From positions 1-36,107 of the forward strand of contig JBIJDQ010000001.1 of NCBI GenBank assembly GCA_044344025.1: 36,107 nt of DNA, written 5' to 3'. The position numbers and the translations under genes were made by a program. Positions 16,323-29,084 of this stretch are shown piece after piece (the first letter of the stretch is position 1; every line of letters starts with the position of its first letter). A model generated the notes under the pieces. It had not been told where the DNA came from, made no database searches, and saw only the letters and a list, made by a program, of their open reading frames with translations. Origin of the DNA: Rhodoferax sp. Its GTDB lineage: Bacteria; Pseudomonadota; Gammaproteobacteria; Burkholderiales; Burkholderiaceae_C.

Positions 16323-17059
16323 AGAAGCTAATCGCTGGCAATTGGAAGATGAATGGCAGCATCGCTGCGAATGAACAACTCATCAAGGACATCCTGATGG
16401 GAATTGGGCACCCGGCTTGCCAGATCGCTGTTGCGGTACCTGCCGTGTACCTGGCTCAGTGCCAAGCATTGCTGGCAGGGACAGCAATTCAACTTGGTGC
16501 ACAGGATATTTCTTCCCAGGAAGGTGGAGCCTATACCGGGGAGATATCAGGTGCCATGCTGAAAGAATTTGGGGTGCGCTACGCGTTAGTGGGCCATTCT
16601 GAACGTCGACAATACCATGGCGAAACAGATCAAGTTGTTGCTCGCAAAGCGCAGCTGGCACTGGGTTGCGGCATCATCCCGATTGTTTGTGTTGGTGAAA
16701 CCCTGGCAGAGCGCGAAGCTGGAAATACCGACGAAGTTGTAAAACGCCAGTTGGCAGCGGTTATCCATGCCAACGGTCATTGCATTAGCGAGATCGTGTT
16801 GGCTTATGAACCTGTTTGGGCCATTGGTACGGGAAAAACAGCAACGCCTGAAATGGCGCAACAGGTACATGCCGTGTTGCGGTCACAGTTGAAAGCAGCA
16901 TCGGCTCACGCGGATCGAATCAAGCTGCTTTATGGTGGCAGCATGAATGCAACGAACGCAGCATCGCTTATGGCTCAACCCGATATTGACGGTGGACTAA
17001 TTGGCGGCGCTGCCCTGAAGGCGCAGGATTTTTTAAAGATTATTGCTGCTGCGGTCTAG
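16319..17059 (+). CDS. tpiA: Triosephosphate isomerase
   Basis: [24 protein letters not shown]; ATGA overlap with upstream gene. Confidence 0.98.
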   Translation: MKKLIAGNWKMNGSIAANEQLIKDILMGIGHPACQIAVAVPAVYLAQCQALLAGTAIQLGAQDISSQEGGAYTGEISGAMLKEFGVRYALVGHSERRQYHGETDQVVARKAQLALGCGIIPIVCVGETLAEREAGNTDEVVKRQLAAVIHANGHCISEIVLAYEPVWAIGTGKTATPEMAQQVHAVLRSQLKAASAHADRIKLLYGGSMNATNAASLMAQPDIDGGLIGGAALKAQDFLKIIAAAV

Positions 17060-17097
17060 TTTCTGGCGACTGTTCCAGTATTTATTTGGAGTGATTC

Positions 17098-17451
17098 ATG
17101 AATGTTTTGTTAACGATTTTATTGGCTGTGCAGATGATTTCTGCAGTTGTCATGGTAGGACTTATTTTGGTTCAGCATGGCAAGGGCGCTGATATGGGCG
17201 CTGCGTTTGGCAGCGGTGGATCTGGCAGCCTTTTTGGTGCGAGTGGAAGTGCCAATTTCTTATCACGCACCACCGCAGTTTTGGCGACTGTCTTTTTTGT
17301 TAGCACCTTGTTGTTGGCCTATGTTGGCACTCCCCGTGAAGCCAACAAGTCAGGTAGTGTGCTTGAGAATCCAGCAATTTCAACGCCACCGCTGGTGGCT
17401 CTCCCACCTGTCGTGTCGGCATCAGGCGCAGCGCAAATTCCGGTCAAATAA
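17098..17451 (+). CDS. secG: Preprotein translocase subunit SecG
   Basis: QHGKGADMGAAFGSG.SGSLFG..NFLSRTT; tpiA-secG-tRNA synteny. Confidence 0.96.
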   Translation: MNVLLTILLAVQMISAVVMVGLILVQHGKGADMGAAFGSGGSGSLFGASGSANFLSRTTAVLATVFFVSTLLLAYVGTPREANKSGSVLENPAISTPPLVALPPVVSASGAAQIPVK

Positions 17452-17565
17452 TTGCCTTGGAATTTCTTATGGTTCCATGGAACGCGAGGGATTCAGGGTA
17501 AACTCTAAGCTCTCCGGGCGATTCGAAGTCTGTAAAGCAGAGCGAGTTAAACCGGTAAAAAGGAA

Positions 17566-17650
17566 GCCGTCGTGGTGAAATTGGTAGACACGCTATCTTG
17601 AGGTGGTAGTGGCGAAAGCTGTGCGAGTTCGAGTCTCGCCGACGGCACCA
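17566..17650 (+). tRNA. tRNA-Leu (GAG)
   Basis: GCCGTCG/CGACGGC acceptor stem, anticodon arm CTATC-TTGAGGT-GGTAG, variable arm, TTCGAGT T-loop, encoded CCA; 85 nt. Confidence 0.97.
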
Positions 17651-17709
17651 ACTTAATATGTTTAACGCATAGCATTGCGGTAAGCAATCAATTGAATCAG
17701 ACTCTGCAG

Positions 17710-18069
17710 ATGAACCTTGATCAATATTTGCCAGTTCTCCTATTTATCTTGATAGGAGTTTCAGTGGGTGTCATGCCTCAGGTAATTGGCTACGTTCTCG
17801 GGCCAAATCGTCCTGATCCTGCAAAAAACTCCCCGTACGAATGTGGTTTTGAGGCGTTTGGCGATGCCCGAATGAAGTTTGACGTCCGCTACTACCTGAT
17901 TGCTATTCTTTTTATCTTGTTTGATCTTGAGACGGCGCTTCTTTTTCCTTGGGCGTTAACTCTTAAGGAGTTGGGTTTTTTTGGTTTTCTTATCGGCTTA
18001 GAAATCGTAACCATTTTGACAATTGGTTTTGTATACATGTGGTTGAAGGGTGCCCTGGATTGGGAGTAG
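17710..18069 (+). CDS. nuoA: NADH-quinone oxidoreductase subunit A
   Basis: PYECGF, FILFDLE, KGALDWE. Confidence 0.96.
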   Translation: MNLDQYLPVLLFILIGVSVGVMPQVIGYVLGPNRPDPAKNSPYECGFEAFGDARMKFDVRYYLIAILFILFDLETALLFPWALTLKELGFFGFLIGLEIVTILTIGFVYMWLKGALDWE

Positions 18070-18073
18070 CAAA

Positions 18074-18553
18074 ATGATTGAAGGTATTCTCAAAGAGGGG
18101 TTTGTCACCACAAGCTACGACAGTGTGGTGAATTGGGCCAAGACAGGATCTGTCTGGCCGATGACTTTTGGTCTGGCCTGTTGCGCCGTCGAGATGATGC
18201 ATGCCGCTGCCGCAAGGTACGATATCTCCCGTTTTGGGGCTGAGGTATTTCGTCCTAGCCCGCGTCAGTCCGATTTGATCATTGTGGCCGGTACGCTCAC
18301 AAACAAAATGGCACCCGCTTTTCGCAAGGTGTATGACCAGATGGCCGAGCCTCGCTGGGTAATCAGTATGGGATCTTGCGCGAATGGTGGTGGTTACTAT
18401 CACTACAGCTACTCAGTGGTTCGCGGTTGCGACCGGATTGTTCCGGTAGATGTCTATGTCCCAGGTTGTCCTCCGACGGCTGAGGCACTTATTTATGGGA
18501 TCCTTCAGTTGCAACGCAAGATCCGTCGTACACAAACCATCGCACGGGCCTGA
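18074..18553 (+). CDS. nuoB: NADH-quinone oxidoreductase subunit B
   Basis: [20 protein letters not shown]. Confidence 0.97.
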   Translation: MIEGILKEGFVTTSYDSVVNWAKTGSVWPMTFGLACCAVEMMHAAAARYDISRFGAEVFRPSPRQSDLIIVAGTLTNKMAPAFRKVYDQMAEPRWVISMGSCANGGGYYHYSYSVVRGCDRIVPVDVYVPGCPPTAEALIYGILQLQRKIRRTQTIARA

Positions 18554-18556
18554 GGC

Positions 18557-19180
18557 ATGACTATGACAACATTTTCTGTTCGACCTGAGCATATTCAGGC
18601 TGTAGTGGTTGATGCACTTGGTGACAAAGTCAAGCGGATTTCTATTGCCCTTGGGGAGGTAACTGTTGAAGTTGCTGCTGAAAATTATTTTTCTGCCACC
18701 CTGTCTCTACGTGATCACGCAGCTTGCCGTTTTGAACAACTGATGGACTTGTGTGGCGTTGATTATTCCGAGTTTCCAGGCGGCACGCCAGATGGATTTC
18801 GTTTTTGCGTCGTTCTCCATCTTTTGTCTGTCAGCCTGAACCAGCGGTTGCGTCTGAAAGTTTTTGTGCAAGACGACAACGCACCCATGTTACCAAGCTT
18901 GATCAGCGTCTGGAGCGCTGCGAACTGGTTTGAGCGTGAGGCTTTTGATTTGTATGGGATCGTGTTTGAGGGTCACGACGACTTGCGACGAATCCTTACT
19001 GATTATGGTTTTATTGGCCATCCTTTCCGGAAAGACTTTCCTTTGTCTGGGCATGTTGAGATGCGCTACGACGCTGTGCAAAAGCGTGTTGTGTACCAAC
19101 CGGTCACTATAGAGCCACGTGAAATTACACCGCGTATTGTCCGTGAAGAAAACTACGGGGGCTTGCAAAAGGCAGATTGA
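18557..19180 (+). CDS. nuoC: NADH-quinone oxidoreductase subunit C
   Basis: [20 protein letters not shown]. Confidence 0.96.
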   Translation: MTMTTFSVRPEHIQAVVVDALGDKVKRISIALGEVTVEVAAENYFSATLSLRDHAACRFEQLMDLCGVDYSEFPGGTPDGFRFCVVLHLLSVSLNQRLRLKVFVQDDNAPMLPSLISVWSAANWFEREAFDLYGIVFEGHDDLRRILTDYGFIGHPFRKDFPLSGHVEMRYDAVQKRVVYQPVTIEPREITPRIVREENYGGLQKAD

Positions 19181-19183
19181 GCT

Positions 19184-20437
19184 ATGGCGGAAATAAAGAA
19201 CTACACCCTCAACTTCGGACCGCAACACCCTGCGGCACATGGCGTCTTGCGATTGGTGTTGGAGCTTGATGGTGAAGTGATTCAGCGGGCTGATCCTCAC
19301 ATTGGCTTGCTCCATCGAGGCACGGAGAAGCTGGCCGAGAGTAAAACGTACTTGCAGACCTTGCCTTATATGGATCGACTTGATTACATGTCAATGATGT
19401 GTAATGAGCAGGCTTATTGCCTTGCAATCGAGAAGATGCTTGGTTTGGAAGTGCCGTTGCGCGCTCAATACATCCGGGTAATGTTTGCTGAGATTACCCG
19501 GTTGCTGAACCATTTGTTGTGGGTAGGTGCACACGCTATCGATTGCGGCGCGATGACCGTTATGTTGTTTGCATTTCGTGAGCGCGAGGACCTGTTGGAT
19601 GTTTACGAAGCGGTCAGTGGTGCCCGAATGCATGCTGCCTATTTTCGTCCGGGTGGCGTGTACCGTGATTTGCCTGAGACCATGCCGCGCCATGTATCTA
19701 ACAAGATCCGCAGTGCGAAATCCACGGAGGCTTTAAATCGCAATCGAAACGGTAGTCTGCTGGATTTCATTGACGATTTCACTCAACGATTTCCAACATA
19801 TCTTTCTGAATACCATACTTTACTGACTGACAACCGAATTTGGAAACAGCGTACGGTTGGTATAGGCGTAGTGACACCAGAGCGTGCATTAAATTTGGGT
19901 TTTTCTGGTCCTATGTTGAGGGGTTCAGGGTTTGCCTGGGACTTGCGCAAGTCTCAGCCCTACGAGATATATGACCGCCTTGACTTTGACATTCCGGTGG
20001 GCAAGACGGGTGACACCTACGATCGTTATTTGGTTCGTATGGAGGAAATGAAGCAGTCGAACCAGATTATCAAACAATGTGTGGATTGGTTAAGAGTCAA
20101 TCCTGGACCGGTAATTACTGACAATCGTAAAGTTGCTCCGCCAGACCGCGAAGCCTTAAAGTCAAACATGGAAGACCTAATCCATCACTTTAAGTTGTTT
20201 ACTGAAGGGTTTTGCGTGCCAAAGGGCGAGGTTTATTCTGCGATTGAGCACCCAAAAGGTGAATTCGGAATATATCTTGTCAGCGATGGTGCCAATAAGC
20301 CGTATCGAATGAAAATTCGTCCTCCTGCTTTTGTCCATTTGGCTGCATTGGACGAGATGGGTAAGGGGCACATGATTGCTGATGCAGTAGCAATCATTGG
20401 AACGATGGATATTGTTTTTGGGGAAGTTGACAGATGA
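19184..20437 (+). CDS. nuoD: NADH-quinone oxidoreductase subunit D
   Basis: [28 protein letters not shown]. Confidence 0.97.
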   Translation: MAEIKNYTLNFGPQHPAAHGVLRLVLELDGEVIQRADPHIGLLHRGTEKLAESKTYLQTLPYMDRLDYMSMMCNEQAYCLAIEKMLGLEVPLRAQYIRVMFAEITRLLNHLLWVGAHAIDCGAMTVMLFAFREREDLLDVYEAVSGARMHAAYFRPGGVYRDLPETMPRHVSNKIRSAKSTEALNRNRNGSLLDFIDDFTQRFPTYLSEYHTLLTDNRIWKQRTVGIGVVTPERALNLGFSGPMLRGSGFAWDLRKSQPYEIYDRLDFDIPVGKTGDTYDRYLVRMEEMKQSNQIIKQCVDWLRVNPGPVITDNRKVAPPDREALKSNMEDLIHHFKLFTEGFCVPKGEVYSAIEHPKGEFGIYLVSDGANKPYRMKIRPPAFVHLAALDEMGKGHMIADAVAIIGTMDIVFGEVDR

Positions 20438-20925
20438 TTTCTGATGCAACAAAAGCACGCTATGCGAAAGAAGCTGCCAAGTATCCAAGTACTCAAAGGC
20501 AATCCGCTGTGATGGCTTGTTTGGCGATCGCTCAACAAGAACAGGGTTACGTCAGTGAAGATGCTGAGCGTGACATTGCGGTATTTCTTGGAATGCCTGT
20601 GATGGCAGTGCATGAAGTCACAACCTTTTACAACATGTACAACCAGCAGCCTCTTGGAAAATTCAAACTGAACGTTTGTACCAATCTGCCTTGTCAGTTG
20701 CGGAATGGGGTGGATACGCTGAAATATCTGGAGAAAAAGCTTGGGGTCGCTATGGGTGAAACCACACCTGATGGCATGTTTACGCTACAGCAGAGCGAAT
20801 GCCTAGGGGCTTGCGCCGATTCACCGGTTCTGTTGGTTAATGACCGCTCAATGTGCAGTTTTATGACTGCTGAAAAATTGGATCAGTTGCTAGATGGCTT
20901 GCGCGCAGTAGGAGACGAGCAATGA
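20434..20925 (+). CDS. nuoE: NADH-quinone oxidoreductase subunit E
   Basis: CTNLPC...ECLGAC 2Fe-2S ligands. Confidence 0.96.
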   Translation: MISDATKARYAKEAAKYPSTQRQSAVMACLAIAQQEQGYVSEDAERDIAVFLGMPVMAVHEVTTFYNMYNQQPLGKFKLNVCTNLPCQLRNGVDTLKYLEKKLGVAMGETTPDGMFTLQQSECLGACADSPVLLVNDRSMCSFMTAEKLDQLLDGLRAVGDEQ

Positions 20926-22274
20926 TGGCGCAAAAAATCCTGGATCAGTTTCGTTCCTCAGGCATAGAGACCTGTTTTCATGGCCGTCATATTGAGCCCC
21001 AGATTTTGGCCGGTTTGAATGGGTTAAATTGGCATCTGAAAGATTACGAAAGTCGTGGTGGCTACCAAGCTTTGCGAAAGATTTTGGGCAAGGATGGTGG
21101 TGAAGCCATGACTCAAGACCAAGTCATTGCCACAATCAAGGAATCATCCTTACGCGGGCGTGGAGGTGCTGGGTTTCCTACGGGGTTGAAGTGGAGCTTC
21201 ATGCCCCGTCAGTTTCCTGGCAACAAGTACCTTGTGTGTAATTCTGATGAAGGCGAGCCTGGGACTTGTAAAGACCGTGAGATTCTTGAATTCAACCCAC
21301 ATATTGTGATCGAGGGCATGGCAATTGCTGCATTTGCCATGGGTACTTCAGTAGGTTACAACTACATTCACGGTGAAATATTTGCGACTTACGAGCGTTT
21401 TGAAGAGGCTTTGGAAGAAGCCCGGGCCGCCGGATATCTTGGTGACAATGTGTTGGGCAGCGGGTTCAACTTTCAGCTGCATGCTGCTCATGGATTTGGG
21501 GCTTATATCTGCGGTGAAGAAACGGCTCTGCTGGAATCTCTCGAAGGAAAAAAAGGTCAACCGCGCTTCAAGCCACCGTTTCCAGCCAGTTTTGGTTTGT
21601 ACGGTAAACCAACGACGATAAATAATACCGAAACCTTTGCGGCGGTTCCATGGATTATCAGAAATGGTGGGCCAGCGTACCTTGCGTGCGGAAAGCCAAA
21701 CAACGGCGGGACGAAGATTTTTTCGGTCAGCGGTGATGTGGAGCAGCCTGGTAATTTTGAGGTTCCAATGGGGACCCCATTTGCAAAACTGCTGGAGTTG
21801 GCAGGCGGGGTGAGAGCTGGCCGGAAGTTGAAGGCGGTGATACCGGGTGGGTCATCGTCACCCATACTGCCTGCCTCTTTGATGATGGAATGCACTATGG
21901 ACTACGACTCAATTGCTAAGGCTGGTTCCATGTTGGGTTCTGGCGCCGTAATTGTGGTTGACGACAGTCGCTGCATGGTCAAGAGCTTGCAAAGGTTGAG
22001 CTACTTCTACATGCATGAGTCGTGTGGACAGTGCACGCCCTGCCGCGAAGGTACTGGCTGGCTATGGCGTGTTGTTGACCGGATTGAGAATGGTCAGGGA
22101 CGCGCTGGCGATATGAATTTGTTGGATAGCGTGGCCGAGGATATTCAGGGGCGTACCATTTGCGCTTTGGGTGATGCTGCTGCGATGCCGGTGCGCGCCA
22201 TGTTGAAGCATTTCAGGCATGAATTTGAATACCATATTGAGCATAAGACTTGTATGGTCCCCGCATACGTTTGA
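20922..22274 (+). CDS. nuoF: NADH-quinone oxidoreductase subunit F
   Basis: [25 protein letters not shown]. Confidence 0.97.
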   Translation: MMAQKILDQFRSSGIETCFHGRHIEPQILAGLNGLNWHLKDYESRGGYQALRKILGKDGGEAMTQDQVIATIKESSLRGRGGAGFPTGLKWSFMPRQFPGNKYLVCNSDEGEPGTCKDREILEFNPHIVIEGMAIAAFAMGTSVGYNYIHGEIFATYERFEEALEEARAAGYLGDNVLGSGFNFQLHAAHGFGAYICGEETALLESLEGKKGQPRFKPPFPASFGLYGKPTTINNTETFAAVPWIIRNGGPAYLACGKPNNGGTKIFSVSGDVEQPGNFEVPMGTPFAKLLELAGGVRAGRKLKAVIPGGSSSPILPASLMMECTMDYDSIAKAGSMLGSGAVIVVDDSRCMVKSLQRLSYFYMHESCGQCTPCREGTGWLWRVVDRIENGQGRAGDMNLLDSVAEDIQGRTICALGDAAAMPVRAMLKHFRHEFEYHIEHKTCMVPAYV

Positions 22275-22286
22275 ACGAGTCCCAAG

Positions 22287-24431
22287 ATGATTGAAATCGA
22301 ACTCGACGGCAAGAAAGTTGACATTGCTCAGGGCAGCATGATCATGCATGCAGCCGAAAAGGCTGGTACCTATATTCCGCATTTTTGTTATCACAAGAAG
22401 CTGAGCATTGCGGCAAGCTGCCGCATGTGTTTAGTTGACGTGGAGAAGATGCCAAAGCCGATGCCTGCATGTGCTACCCCAGTCACTCAGGGTATGGTTG
22501 TACATACCAAAACTGACAAAGCGATTAAGGCGCAAAAGTCAGTTATGGAGTTTCTGTTGATTAACCATCCGCTAGATTGTCCTGTTTGTGACCAAGGCGG
22601 CGAATGCCAATTGCAAGATTTAGCAGTGGGTTATGGCGGAAGTTCCTCCCGTTATCAGGAAGAAAAACGCGCCGTTTTCCATAAAGATATTGGTCCTTTG
22701 GTTTCGATGGAAGAAATGAGCCGCTGCATTCACTGTACTCGTTGCGTTCGCTTCGGTCAGGAAATTGCAGGGGTAATGGAACTTGGTATGTCCAATCGCG
22801 GGGAGCACGCCGAGATTGAAACGTTTAACGGCCAGTCTGTGGACTCAGAGTTGTCTGGCAACATGATTGATATATGCCCTGTCGGTGCGCTTACCAGCAA
22901 GCCGTTTCGCTACAGCGCGAGAACTTGGGAGTTGTCGCGGCGAAAATCAATTAGCCCCCATGATTCAACCGGCACCAACTTGATTGTTCAGGTCAAGAAC
23001 AACAGAGTGATGAGGGTCGTACCGTTTGAAAATGAGGCCGTCAATGAGTGTTGGATTGCAGACCGGGACCGTTTTTCATACGAAGCTTTAGGCGGTGATG
23101 ATCGTTTAAGCACACCGATGCTTAAACAAGGTGGTGAGTGGAAAACTGTGGACTGGAAGACGGCGCTGGAATATGTAGCGAACGGTTTAAAGTGCATCAA
23201 AGACAGCCATGGGGCTGGATCTATTGGTGCATTGGTCAGCCCACATAGCACGCTTGAGGAACTCTATTTGGCAGGTGAGTTGATTCGCGGCTTGGGCAGT
23301 GAAAACATCGACCATCGGCTTCGCAATGCCGAGTTTGAATCCACCTCGGGCATTGCACATTTTCTCGGCATGACTATTGCTGACCTTTCAACCCTGCAAC
23401 GGGTGTTAGTGATAGGTTCTAATCTCCGCAAGGACCATCCGTTGTTTGCACAACGTATCCGCCAGGCAGTGAAAGCTGGTGCTGAGGTTAATGTTGTCAA
23501 CGCACAGATGACGGATTGGGCGATGCCTTTGACCAATGTCGACTTGACCTTAAGTGACAAGTGGGTGGAGAGTTTGGCAAATGTAGCTAAGGCAATCGCT
23601 ACGGAAAAGGGAATATCGGCCCCGCAACCCGGGCAGATTACCGAGGTGGCGCTAGCGATCGCCAGATCTCTGGTGGGTGGAGAGCGTTGTGCGTTGCTGC
23701 TTGGTAACGCGGCAGCTCATCATCCACAAGCAAGTCACTTGCTGGCTTTGGCGAATTGGATTGCTGAACATACGGGTGCGTCTGTTGGGTATTTGACTGA
23801 GGCCGCAAATACTGTGGGTGCGCAGTTGGCTGGTGCATCACCGGTTAGAGGAGGTTTAAATGCTTCTCAAATGTTGTCTGGGGGAGCGCTTCAGGCCGTA
23901 TTACTGCTGAACAACGAACCTGAGTTCGACTCCGCAGCTGGTGGCCTTGCTGTAGCGGCATTAAAACGAAGTGAGATGGTTGTCACTTTGAGTCCGTTCA
24001 AGGCAAATTTGGAAATGAGTGATGTTCTTTTACCAATATCGCCATTTACTGAGACATCTGGGACATTCGTGAACGCTGAGGGACGCATTCAAAGTTTTCA
24101 TGCGGTTGTGAAGCCGCTTGGTGACACACGCCCAGCGTGGAAAGTTTTGCGTGCTCTTGGAAACATGATGGGCTTAACAGGGCTTGAATTTAACTCTTCA
24201 CAAGATATTCTTGAACAGATGGCGCTAATTGGGACAGATGGGCCGTTGGAATTTGTTCCAGCAAAGTTGCTGGGCAATGTTGGCTGTATTCCTTCAAGTG
24301 AAGTCGCTGTAATGGCAGCGGAGCCTTGCGTAGCCAGTATTTACCAACTTGACGGTCTAGTTCGCCGTTCACCATCGTTGCAATTGACCGCAGACGCAGT
24401 GACAACTGCGACTCAGGAGATGACGGTATGA
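22287..24431 (+). CDS. nuoG: NADH-quinone oxidoreductase subunit G
   Basis: [31 protein letters not shown]. Confidence 0.97.
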   Translation: MIEIELDGKKVDIAQGSMIMHAAEKAGTYIPHFCYHKKLSIAASCRMCLVDVEKMPKPMPACATPVTQGMVVHTKTDKAIKAQKSVMEFLLINHPLDCPVCDQGGECQLQDLAVGYGGSSSRYQEEKRAVFHKDIGPLVSMEEMSRCIHCTRCVRFGQEIAGVMELGMSNRGEHAEIETFNGQSVDSELSGNMIDICPVGALTSKPFRYSARTWELSRRKSISPHDSTGTNLIVQVKNNRVMRVVPFENEAVNECWIADRDRFSYEALGGDDRLSTPMLKQGGEWKTVDWKTALEYVANGLKCIKDSHGAGSIGALVSPHSTLEELYLAGELIRGLGSENIDHRLRNAEFESTSGIAHFLGMTIADLSTLQRVLVIGSNLRKDHPLFAQRIRQAVKAGAEVNVVNAQMTDWAMPLTNVDLTLSDKWVESLANVAKAIATEKGISAPQPGQITEVALAIARSLVGGERCALLLGNAAAHHPQASHLLALANWIAEHTGASVGYLTEAANTVGAQLAGASPVRGGLNASQMLSGGALQAVLLLNNEPEFDSAAGGLAVAALKRSEMVVTLSPFKANLEMSDVLLPISPFTETSGTFVNAEGRIQSFHAVVKPLGDTRPAWKVLRALGNMMGLTGLEFNSSQDILEQMALIGTDGPLEFVPAKLLGNVGCIPSSEVAVMAAEPCVASIYQLDGLVRRSPSLQLTADAVTTATQEMTV

Positions 24432-25510
24432 GTGATATCTTATTTAATTTTGGCCAACAGCTTTTGGTCGCGCAATGGTGGGGCACGATAGCTTGGCCGA
24501 TCATCTGGGCGTTGATCAAGGTCACTATTGTTTTGATGATTGTGCTGACGGCCGTTACCTATGCGACGTTGTGGGAGCGAAAGTTGTTAGGGTGGGTACA
24601 GATTCGCCTTGGTCCCAACCGGGTTGGACCTTGGGGTCTCCTGCAACCCATTGCAGATGCATTGAAATTGATGACTAAAGAAATTGTCAGACCAGCAATG
24701 TCGGATAAGTTTCTTTTCTACCTCGGTCCCGTGCTGACAGTAGCACCGGCTTTGGCTGCATGGTCAGTGATTCCTTTTGGGCCCGAGATTGCAGTTGCAA
24801 ACCTAAACGCCGGGCTGCTGTTTTTAATGGCAATTACGTCCATGGAAGTTTACGGAGTGATCATCTCAGGTTGGGCATCAAACTCAAAATATGCTTTTTT
24901 GGGTGCGTTGCGTGCATCAGCGCAGATGGTGAGCTATGAAATCGCAATGGGCTTTTGTTTCTTGATTGTGTTGATGATCTCGGCAAGTTTAAATTTGTCT
25001 GATATTGTCGCCGGCCAAGCGCAAGGGTATTTTGCTCAAAAGGGTCTGTCCTTTCTGTCTTGGAATTGGTTGCCGTTGTTGCCGATCGTTGTCGTCTATT
25101 TTGTATCGGGTTTAGCAGAGACCAATCGGACACCTTTTGATGTGATTGAGGGTGAGTCAGAGATTGTGGCTGGTCACATGGTTGAGTATTCAGGGATGTC
25201 TTGGGCAATGTTCCAAATGGCAGAGTATGCAAGTATTTGGTTGGTCTCGATCCTTGCGGTAACTATGTTTTTTGGTGGTTGGCTGTCCCCGATTGACAGT
25301 GTATTTTTCAATTGGATTCCCGGGTGGATATGGTTGGGAATAAAAACGTTTATGGTCATGACCACATTTATTTGGGTTCGGGTGACATTCCCAAGATTCC
25401 GATACGACCAGATCATGCGTTTAGGCTGGAAGATATTTATTCCTGTCACATTGGTGTGGTTGGTCGTCATTGGGGTTTGGATGCAAACACCCTGGAATAT
25501 TTGGAAATAA
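24428..25510 (+). CDS. nuoH: NADH-quinone oxidoreductase subunit H
   Basis: [26 protein letters not shown]. Confidence 0.97.
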   Translation: MSDILFNFGQQLLVAQWWGTIAWPIIWALIKVTIVLMIVLTAVTYATLWERKLLGWVQIRLGPNRVGPWGLLQPIADALKLMTKEIVRPAMSDKFLFYLGPVLTVAPALAAWSVIPFGPEIAVANLNAGLLFLMAITSMEVYGVIISGWASNSKYAFLGALRASAQMVSYEIAMGFCFLIVLMISASLNLSDIVAGQAQGYFAQKGLSFLSWNWLPLLPIVVVYFVSGLAETNRTPFDVIEGESEIVAGHMVEYSGMSWAMFQMAEYASIWLVSILAVTMFFGGWLSPIDSVFFNWIPGWIWLGIKTFMVMTTFIWVRVTFPRFRYDQIMRLGWKIFIPVTLVWLVVIGVWMQTPWNIWK

Positions 25511-25522
25511 TTCAAAGTGTCT

Positions 25523-26056
25523 ATGTCTACCCCAACCTCGAATTCAGTTGAAGGCTTGCCTGTAAATTCCTTCTCTTTGAAAGACTTTTTTTCAAGCTTT
25601 TTCCTTGTTGAGTTACTCAAGGGCATGCGATTGACAGGCAAGTATGCCTTTCGCAGCAAAATCACGCTTGAGTACCCGGAGGAAAAAACCCCATTGTCAC
25701 CACGGTTTCGTGGCTTGCATGCGTTGCGCCGGTACGAAAACGGGGAAGAAAGATGCATTGCCTGCAAGCTGTGTGAGGCAGTCTGCCCTGCGATGGCGAT
25801 TACCATAGAGTCTGAAGTACGGGATGATGGGTCACGGCGAACTACTCGGTACGATATTGACTTAACAAAGTGTATTTTTTGTGGTTTTTGCGAAGAAAGT
25901 TGCCCTGTTGATTCTATCGTCGAGACTAATATTCTCGAATACCATGGGGAAAAACGGGGTGACCTGTATTTCACCAAGGAAATGTTGCTTGCGGTTGGCG
26001 ATAGATACGAGTTTGAAATTGCAGCGAATAAGTTGGCAGATGCCAAGTACCGTTGA
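25523..26056 (+). CDS. nuoI: NADH-quinone oxidoreductase subunit I
   Basis: [12 protein letters not shown] and [12 protein letters not shown] 4Fe-4S motifs; start uncertain by a few codons. Confidence 0.96.
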   Translation: MSTPTSNSVEGLPVNSFSLKDFFSSFFLVELLKGMRLTGKYAFRSKITLEYPEEKTPLSPRFRGLHALRRYENGEERCIACKLCEAVCPAMAITIESEVRDDGSRRTTRYDIDLTKCIFCGFCEESCPVDSIVETNILEYHGEKRGDLYFTKEMLLAVGDRYEFEIAANKLADAKYR

Positions 26057-26081
26057 TCAGTCGCTAGAAAGAATCTGAATC

Positions 26082-26741
26082 ATGAGTGTTACGACCGGTC
26101 TTTTTTATCTTTTCTCGGTAATTTTGTTGTTTTCAGCGTTTAGGGTGGTCACTGCTAGAAATCCAGTCTATGCGGTTTTATTTCTTGTGCTGACTTTTTT
26201 TCAGGCAGCCATGATATGGATGTTGTTGAAAGCCGAGTTCTTGTCCCTTACATTGGTTCTCGTGTATGTTGGCGCAGTCATGGTGCTTTTTCTTTTTGTT
26301 GTAATGATGTTGGAAGTGAATATCGAGAAAGTGCGGCTTGGATTCTGGAAACACTTTCCAATGGCCGCTGTTGTCGGTGCGCTTATTATTTTGGAAATGT
26401 CCGCACTTTTAATGGGGGGATTTCGGGTTAGCGAAGAGCCCCGAGCAGTTGTGGCTGTTTCCAAAACAGCGGCCGAGTTTTCAAATCCGAGGGAACTTGG
26501 TTTGTTGTTGTATACCCATTATTTGTATCCCTTAGAAGTAGCAGCGGCTCTTTTGTTGGTCGGCATGATCGCTGCGATTGCTCTTACTTTACGCGAGCGC
26601 AAAGATAGCAAAGCAATTGATCCTGGCGAGCAAGTCCGGGTGAAGTCTAGAGATCGAATGACTGTGGTCAAGGTGAACGCCACCAAACCTGCTTTGGATG
26701 CAAATGGTGGAGCAGTTTCAGCAGAGGGGAATAAGGTATGA
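26082..26741 (+). CDS. nuoJ: NADH-quinone oxidoreductase subunit J
   Basis: [15 protein letters not shown]. Confidence 0.96.
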   Translation: MSVTTGLFYLFSVILLFSAFRVVTARNPVYAVLFLVLTFFQAAMIWMLLKAEFLSLTLVLVYVGAVMVLFLFVVMMLEVNIEKVRLGFWKHFPMAAVVGALIILEMSALLMGGFRVSEEPRAVVAVSKTAAEFSNPRELGLLLYTHYLYPLEVAAALLLVGMIAAIALTLRERKDSKAIDPGEQVRVKSRDRMTVVKVNATKPALDANGGAVSAEGNKV

Positions 26742-27046
26742 CACTCACTCTCGGTCACTTCCTTTCACTGAGCGCGATGTTATTCACGCTTTCTGTAATC
26801 GGTATTTTTTTAAACAGAAAAAACTTGATTGTTTTGATGATGGCAATTGAGTTGATGTTACTTGCGGTAAACACAAATTTCGTTGCATTTTCTCATTATT
26901 TGGGTGACCTACATGGGCAGATATTTGTGTTCTTCATTTTGACTGTAGCCGCGGCTGAAGCTGCTATCGGACTTGCAATTTTGGTTTTGCTGTTCCGTAG
27001 CAAGTCGAGTATCAACGTAGACGAACTTGATTCGTTGAAAGGGTAA
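26738..27046 (+). CDS. nuoK: NADH-quinone oxidoreductase subunit K
   Basis: [16 protein letters not shown]. Confidence 0.96.
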   Translation: MTLTLGHFLSLSAMLFTLSVIGIFLNRKNLIVLMMAIELMLLAVNTNFVAFSHYLGDLHGQIFVFFILTVAAAEAAIGLAILVLLFRSKSSINVDELDSLKG

Positions 27047-27052
27047 GTTCAA

Positions 27053-29071
27053 ATGAGTCAAACCCTTTCTGTTTCTACACTTTTGGCAGTGCCACTGGCA
27101 CCGTTGGTGGGCGCCCTTGCTGCGGGCATCATGGGGACCAAATTTGGAGGCAACACCATTGGTCGGAGGATGTCTCACACGCTAACTATTTTGGGCGTTT
27201 TTGTGTCATTCTTGTTGTCGGCTTCGGTTTTGGCAAGCGTGGTTAATGAAGGAGCACGCTTTAACGAGACCATTTATACCTGGATGGTTGTCGGTGGTCT
27301 CAAGATGGAAGTTGGATTCCTCGTGGATGGGTTATCCGCCATGATGATGTGTGTGGTGACCTTCGTGTCGTTGATGGTGCATATTTACACGGTTGGTTAC
27401 ATGGAGGAGGACGAAGGTTACAACCGGTTTTTTGCTTACATCTCTTTGTTCACATTTTCAATGTTGATGCTGGTCATGAGCAACAACATGTTGCAGCTGT
27501 TTTTTGGCTGGGAGGCGGTTGGCCTGGTCTCATATCTTTTGATCGGTTTCTGGTTCAACAAGCCGACCGCAATATTTGCCAATATGAAAGCTTTTTTGGT
27601 CAATAGGGTAGGTGATTTCGGTTTCATTTTGGGTATTGGGCTTTTGGTGGCTTACACCGGTACACTAAATTACGCGGAGACATTTGCCAGGTCGACTGAA
27701 TTGGCCAAGCTCACTTTGCCTGGCACAGACTGGATGTTGGTCACCGTCATTTGTATTTGTTTGTTCATCGGTGCGATGGGAAAGTCGGCGCAGTTTCCTT
27801 TACATGTCTGGCTTCCTGATTCAATGGAAGGTCCGACCCCGATCTCTGCGTTGATTCACGCTGCCACCATGGTGACAGCTGGGATTTTTATGGTGGCCCG
27901 TATGTCGCCATTGTTTGAGATGAGTGAAGCCGCCCTCAATTTTGTTCTTATCATTGGCGGCATTACTGCGTTGTTTATGGGTTTTCTAGGCATCATTCAA
28001 AACGACATAAAACGCATTGTGGCCTATTCAACGCTGTCCCAATTAGGGTACATGACTGTTGCTTTGGGGGCTTCAGCCTACTCCGTTGCTGTTTTTCATT
28101 TGATGACACACGCGTTCTTTAAGGCATTGCTATTTTTAGCTGCTGGCTCTGTGATTATGGGAGTTCACCACAATCAGGATATCCGCTGGATGGGTGGTCT
28201 TAGGAAGTACATGCCAATCACTTGGTTGACTTCGTTACTGGGTTCTCTCGCGTTGATCGGTACGCCATTTTTCTCAGGCTTTTACTCTAAAGATGAAATT
28301 ATCATGGCGGTTCATGCCAGTACCCTTCCGGCTGCTGGATTTGCCTACTTTGCCGTGCTGGCAGGCGTGTTTGTAACTTCTTTTTATTCTTTCCGTCTTT
28401 ATTTCCTGGTGTTTCACGGGAACGAGCGTTTTGATCAAAATCCTGATGCCCATCACGGCCACGATGCTGACCATAGCGGTCACCACGCAAGTCATCCACA
28501 TGAGTCGCCTTGGGTGGTGACAGTTCCTTTGGTTCTTTTGGCTATACCTTCAGTGTTGATTGGTTTTTTGACGATTGGGCCTATGCTTTTTGGCGACTTC
28601 TTCAAAGACGCGATATTTGTGAATGGCCAGATTCACCAGGCGATGGAATCGCTTCGTAACGAATTTCACTCACCTGTTCAAATGGCTATTCATGGGTTGA
28701 CCGCCGCCCCATTCTGGCTCGCGTTGAGTGGTGTATTGACGGCCTACTATATGTACATGATTAATCCAGCTTTGCCAGCTGCCATCAAGCGTCGTGTTCA
28801 GCCGATATATACCTTGCTTGAGAATAAGTACTACATGGATTGGTTCAATGAAAAAGTGCTGGCACCCGCTGCGAGAGGGCTTGGTGTCGTGCTTTGGAAG
28901 GTTGGTGACCAGGGCGTAATTGACGGTGCGGTGGTCAATGGTTCATGGCGGGTGGTAGGCTGGATTTCAGGTGTTGTTCGCAAGGTGCAAACTGGTTATC
29001 TCTACGACTATGCCTTGGCCATGATATTGGGAATTTTTGTTTTGATGACGTATTTCGTCTGGCTCAAATAG
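27053..29071 (+). CDS. nuoL: NADH-quinone oxidoreductase subunit L
   Basis: GKSAQFPLHVWLPDSMEGPTPISALIHAATMV, HAFFKALLFL. Confidence 0.97.
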   Translation: MSQTLSVSTLLAVPLAPLVGALAAGIMGTKFGGNTIGRRMSHTLTILGVFVSFLLSASVLASVVNEGARFNETIYTWMVVGGLKMEVGFLVDGLSAMMMCVVTFVSLMVHIYTVGYMEEDEGYNRFFAYISLFTFSMLMLVMSNNMLQLFFGWEAVGLVSYLLIGFWFNKPTAIFANMKAFLVNRVGDFGFILGIGLLVAYTGTLNYAETFARSTELAKLTLPGTDWMLVTVICICLFIGAMGKSAQFPLHVWLPDSMEGPTPISALIHAATMVTAGIFMVARMSPLFEMSEAALNFVLIIGGITALFMGFLGIIQNDIKRIVAYSTLSQLGYMTVALGASAYSVAVFHLMTHAFFKALLFLAAGSVIMGVHHNQDIRWMGGLRKYMPITWLTSLLGSLALIGTPFFSGFYSKDEIIMAVHASTLPAAGFAYFAVLAGVFVTSFYSFRLYFLVFHGNERFDQNPDAHHGHDADHSGHHASHPHESPWVVTVPLVLLAIPSVLIGFLTIGPMLFGDFFKDAIFVNGQIHQAMESLRNEFHSPVQMAIHGLTAAPFWLALSGVLTAYYMYMINPALPAAIKRRVQPIYTLLENKYYMDWFNEKVLAPAARGLGVVLWKVGDQGVIDGAVVNGSWRVVGWISGVVRKVQTGYLYDYALAMILGIFVLMTYFVWLK

Positions 29072-29084
29072 GAGAAATATAAAA

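Noticed and set aside
17630-17709. tRNA-Leu as an integration site
   Set aside because: No integrase and no duplicated tRNA 3' end seen; nuoA follows directly
25174-26046. 290-aa minus-strand ORF
   Set aside because: Antisense to nuoH/nuoI
28440-28510. His-rich loop in NuoL
   Set aside because: Common variable loop in proteobacterial NuoL; not unusual
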